Assembly (NCBI GenBank): GCA_964502345.1
Contig: CAZCWH010000001.1
Coordinates: 167 to 64,166 of the forward strand
Direction: 5' to 3'
DNA from: an uncultured Candidatus Saccharibacteria bacterium
GTDB lineage: Bacteria > Patescibacteriota > Minisyncoccia > Phycocordibacterales > UBA918
DNA: 64,000 bases
Shown: positions 61,029 to 64,000 of the stretch, piece by piece
Position numbering within the stretch: the first letter of the stretch is position 1
Layout: each line of letters starts with the position of its first letter
Position numbers and translations under genes: made by a program
The notes under the pieces: model-generated
The model's database searches: none
Seen by the model: only the letters and a program-made list of their open reading frames with translations
Told to the model about the DNA's origin: nothing

Positions 61029-61055
61029 CTAAAAAAGCACCCCGTGCTTTTTTAG
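61029..61055 (-). terminator. Intrinsic terminator overlapping the stop codon of the orphan gene end
   Basis: Perfect 12-bp inverted repeat CTAAAAAAGCAC-ccc-GTGCTTTTTTAG. Confidence 0.8.
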
Positions 61056-61084
61056 CCCGTCCAGTTGAAGATCATGATTGAAAA
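61052..61084 (-). pseudogene. Orphan copy of the last 11 codons (FSIMIFNWTG*) of the upstream dockerin gene
   Basis: 27/33 nt identical to 61171-61203; all six differences are synonymous third positions. Confidence 0.85.
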
Positions 61085-61170
61085 ATTAAATGAAGAAATG
61101 AAAGTAATGAATATTCTGAATTTATGTCCCGATTTTCCCCTTTCAAGGGAAAATCGCTGGACCACGCCAA

Positions 61171-63042
61171 TTATCCAGTCCAATTAAAGATCATGATCGA
61201 GAAGTCCGTCAAAGATACCTTTCCGTCACGATTGATGTCTGCAGGTGGATTTGAAGCACCTCCGTTTGAATTCCACCAGTAGAGAAGAATAGAAAAGTCG
61301 ATTAGATTTACCTTGCCGTCACGATTCAGGTCTGATGTTTGTGGTACTTGCGCCTGTGCACCTACTCCGTAATATGTAAAGTCAGAAAAATTAGTCGAGA
61401 CACCTCCATCCTGGCGAGCTTTTGCCCTTACCTTGTACGTACCTGTTTGAAAACCTGAAGTACTTAAATCGATTGACCACGCACCATTTGCGTCGGATGT
61501 AGCGGTGAGTGTTTTAAGACTGGCACTTGATTTATCATTTTGATTTTCAATAGTAATGGTAGCGTCTGGAATCGCAAATCCTGATATTTGGACTATACTA
61601 TTAGGATCGACAGGGTTTGGGGTCACCTTGATTGAAGGCATTACATTAATGTTAGAAAGTGTCGAACCACGAGCCCCTGAGACGGTAAATGTTGTCGAGA
61701 AAGTACTTGAACGAGTGCCGTTTTTATCTACAGCATACACACCAAAGGTATATACGCCACGGGCAATAAGATCAATGAGTACAGAAAATTCTCCTGTTGT
61801 CCCTGCTGTATCCTGCTCAGCAATCTGACCGTCGACGAGTACATACACCGTACTACGCGGGAAGGCGTACCCATTAACAATAACCCTACCATCGCCACTC
61901 TGGTACACTTTCTCTGACCCCTCCAGTCCACCTCCGCCATCGTCTCCACCACTTGATGATCCTGTACCCCCTCCGCCACCTCCACCTCCGCCTCCGCCAG
62001 AAGAGCCACCACTCGAGTCATCACCACCGGAAGGATCTCCCCCACCATCATCTACATCCCCCGAACCTTCTCCTGTACCAGAGCCCTCTCCTTCATCTTC
62101 ACCCTCTGCTCCTGGTGTTCCTTCCGGATATTCAGGCACAGTAAAGGTGAGTACATAGTCATCAATATTTACGTTCCCTTCATCGTCAATACAACGAATG
62201 AAAAACGTGTAGGTGGTACTTGTGGACACAGATATTGTTTCAGGATGAATCGTCGTAAAATTTGAAGTAAACTCAGACCCCATTGAAAAGTATGGCGTGC
62301 CTGAGGCAGTGCTATATCGACATTTCGAAAACTCATCAGTCTCAACGGAAATTTGCACTGCAAGTGAAGTACCTGAAATAGTTCCTGAAGGAGCCCCATT
62401 GAAGCGGACTGGTGGGTCAGTCTCCGTCGTGTCAAGATTAGGAACCGAGACTCTATCGACAGTAGCCACATGTCCTCTCACTCGCTCATCAGTACCTCCA
62501 CCTCCTGCCTCAATATGAAACTCAAATGTACCTGTTGCTGATGGATTAAGTAAACCAACATCTGTAGTAGTCGCATTTGTTGTGTGTGAACCAATAAGTA
62601 GACGAATGTATCTATTTGCTGGAATCCCAGTGGTCGAATTGAGTGTCACTTCAATATTCCCTGAAGTCCCAGTCGTAATTGCCACACCATCATCCACGGC
62701 ATCAGGAGTCACTGTTGCTGTACGAAGCGTATACCCTGACTCTGCTGAAGCTGATACATACATTTCAACATTATCAATATCAAAATCAGATACAGGTACA
62801 GTAAACGCTCCATCCTCAGGTATGAATCGTACATAGCCACCAGGTGGAATAGCAACGGTCGTCTTAAACTGTATGGTGTGGTTTGAATACTCACTCGGAA
62901 CAGAGTTAGAAAGTGTGTCCTTGTACTCGTGTATTGTTGCAGCAAAAACTGCATGTACTACAAATAAAAAAGACAAAACGCTCAGTGCAACAAAAGCGAG
63001 TTTAAATAAATCTTTATATAAAAAACGGCCCCATACATCCAT
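61171..63042 (-). CDS. Secreted dockerin protein with an N-terminal domain shared with the 378-aa protein, Gly-rich linker and Ig-like domains
   Basis: DTLSNS.P...NHTI.F.T; poly-Gly/acidic linker; GYAFP...; C-terminal DLNRDGKVNLIDFS...DINRDGKVSLTDFSIMIFNWTG. Confidence 0.88.
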   Translation of the reverse strand: MDVWGRFLYKDLFKLAFVALSVLSFLFVVHAVFAATIHEYKDTLSNSVPSEYSNHTIQFKTTVAIPPGGYVRFIPEDGAFTVPVSDFDIDNVEMYVSASAESGYTLRTATVTPDAVDDGVAITTGTSGNIEVTLNSTTGIPANRYIRLLIGSHTTNATTTDVGLLNPSATGTFEFHIEAGGGGTDERVRGHVATVDRVSVPNLDTTETDPPVRFNGAPSGTISGTSLAVQISVETDEFSKCRYSTASGTPYFSMGSEFTSNFTTIHPETISVSTSTTYTFFIRCIDDEGNVNIDDYVLTFTVPEYPEGTPGAEGEDEGEGSGTGEGSGDVDDGGGDPSGGDDSSGGSSGGGGGGGGGGGTGSSSGGDDGGGGLEGSEKVYQSGDGRVIVNGYAFPRSTVYVLVDGQIAEQDTAGTTGEFSVLIDLIARGVYTFGVYAVDKNGTRSSTFSTTFTVSGARGSTLSNINVMPSIKVTPNPVDPNSIVQISGFAIPDATITIENQNDKSSASLKTLTATSDANGAWSIDLSTSGFQTGTYKVRAKARQDGGVSTNFSDFTYYGVGAQAQVPQTSDLNRDGKVNLIDFSILLYWWNSNGGASNPPADINRDGKVSLTDFSIMIFNWTG

Positions 63043-63383
63043 GGTACTTGCTTATTGTACCGTACGTAACCACTGATTATTGACTCCCGGTGCGTATAAA
63101 TCCATCCTCAGTGCTCATTTGTATAGAACATGCTTCCCTGAGCAAAGTTCGAGATAAAAGAAGCATTAGGAAAAGCATTATCGCTAATATTCTTATATTT
63201 CAGTTATTTTGAGACGTCTAGCCCTTTCATCATGAACGATGAAAGGGAGACGGAAGTTCGCAATAGTCGCTACTTCTTACAGAAGCTGTTTAGGTTGTTG
63301 CAAGTTTGTCTCCAGAGTCACAAACTTGCTAACAACCTCTTGCAAAAGTGCACAGCACTTTTTCACTCGTTGCTCACTTTTTA

Positions 63384-63507
63384 TAAAACCTGATTTCCTG
63401 AGCAAAGTTCGAGGCAAAACTAAGTTTTTGATTAAGCCCTACTTGGCGTAGGGTGAGATGAAAAACTGACGTTTTAACGAGGAAATTTGCCAGGAAAGCA
63501 GGTTTTA
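63384..63507. repeat. About 124-bp imperfect palindrome abutting the FGE-sulfatase stop codon
   Basis: TAAAACCTGATTTCCTGAGCAAA...CCCTAC-ttggc-GTAGGG...TTTGCCAGGAAAGCAGGTTTTA. CCTGAGCAAAGTTCGAG is repeated at 63137. Confidence 0.8.
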
Positions 63508-64000
63508 TTTCACACATCTAAAGCCGATACCTATACTCGCAGACGTAGGGAGTGTATCGGCATGAATTGAATAGGTACCTGCATCTTTACCACTATCGTA
63601 GTAACCGCCACGGATCATACCGTAAGCACCTGTCTCATTAACCCAGAAATAGTCTTCCCCAAAAAGTGACTGGGGGATATCAGTTGAAACGATAGCGACT
63701 CCTCCAACATCGACTTGTGCAACATACCCTTCCTGAGGCAGTAATCGTTCTTTATATTTTCCATCGATTATGTCATCACTTACCCACTCCCACACATTAC
63801 CCACAAAATCATATGCACCATGTGGAGAAACACATTCTGCATAGGCACCTGTTTTTGAAACTTGTTTAGAATTTACATTACATGCTGCTTCTACAGTGGT
63901 CATACCAAGACTGAGTTGATACCACTCCTCTGCGGTCGGTAAGCGCTTACCAGCCCGTGCACACATCTGCATCGCCTGATCACGAGTGACAAACCCCCAT
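63505..64000 (-). CDS. FGE-sulfatase (SUMF1, CLec-fold) domain protein, partial (5' end beyond the window)
   Basis: WGFVTRDQAMQMC, GKRLPTAEEW, YDFVGNVWEWV, IRGG, IGFRCVK; frame open to the window edge. Confidence 0.92.
   Translation of the reverse strand, partial: WGFVTRDQAMQMCARAGKRLPTAEEWYQLSLGMTTVEAACNVNSKQVSKTGAYAECVSPHGAYDFVGNVWEWVSDDIIDGKYKERLLPQEGYVAQVDVGGVAIVSTDIPQSLFGEDYFWVNETGAYGMIRGGYYDSGKDAGTYSIHADTLPTSASIGIGFRCVK

Noticed and set aside
61052-61203. DGR template/variable repeat pair
   Set aside because: Only 33 bp, and the differences are synonymous third-position changes rather than adenine-specific.
22256-63042. Cellulosome
   Set aside because: No recognisable glycoside hydrolase or multi-cohesin scaffoldin; the dockerins are attached to non-catalytic Ig/Cys-rich domains.
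10127-63451. Numerous plus-strand and alternate-frame ORFs in the track (e.g. 23763-24497, 28770-29396, 40501-41286, 28230-28535)
   Set aside because: They are antisense or out-of-frame shadows of long biased genes, or span hairpin arrays, and show no recognisable motifs.
1-64000. Alternative genetic code (TGA=Gly, as in Gracilibacteria/Absconditabacteria)
   Set aside because: Long genes are intact under code 11, and TGA ends genes at natural positions (e.g. 28538, matching the paralog's TAA after FNWTG).
1-64000. tRNA, rRNA or intact transposase genes
   Set aside because: None recognised by eye; a tRNAscan/Rfam/ISfinder run would be needed to exclude them formally.

Overview
The window looks like a Patescibacteria (CPR, Parcubacteria-like) chromosome segment. 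This is inferred from gene content and the many ATST/ASST-rich secreted proteins. It uses the standard genetic code and almost every gene is on the minus strand. Bases 1-10.5 kb hold a partial Ig-domain surface protein missing from the ORF track, uvrB, tgt, an FKBP, a CapA-family protein, an AI-2E transporter, a Cys-less TlpA-like protein and two small membrane proteins. Bases 10.5-63 kb form one co-oriented cluster of surface-protein genes that splits into two parallel modules. Each module has a dockerin protein, membrane-anchored cohesin protein(s), a giant protein (7248 aa or 2471 aa), a small protein sharing that giant's C-terminal WxL/pilin-like domain (627 aa or 378 aa), and DUF916/PapD-like membrane-anchored partner(s). 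A MacB-type ABC transporter, an FN3 protein and an Hsp20 are embedded. I recognise no glycoside hydrolase, sortase or usher, so the best candidate for an undescribed system is a non-cellulosomal cohesin-dockerin plus WxL-like surface fibre/adhesin assembly locus. The intergenic regions contain modular hairpins with variable stems and conserved loops (GC-GNA-GC; GCAT-AGGAAAAGC), duplicated terminator halves and an orphan synonymous copy of a gene's 3' end. A partial FGE-sulfatase (CLec-fold) gene closes the window. All domain calls are by-eye motif recognition; no searches were run.
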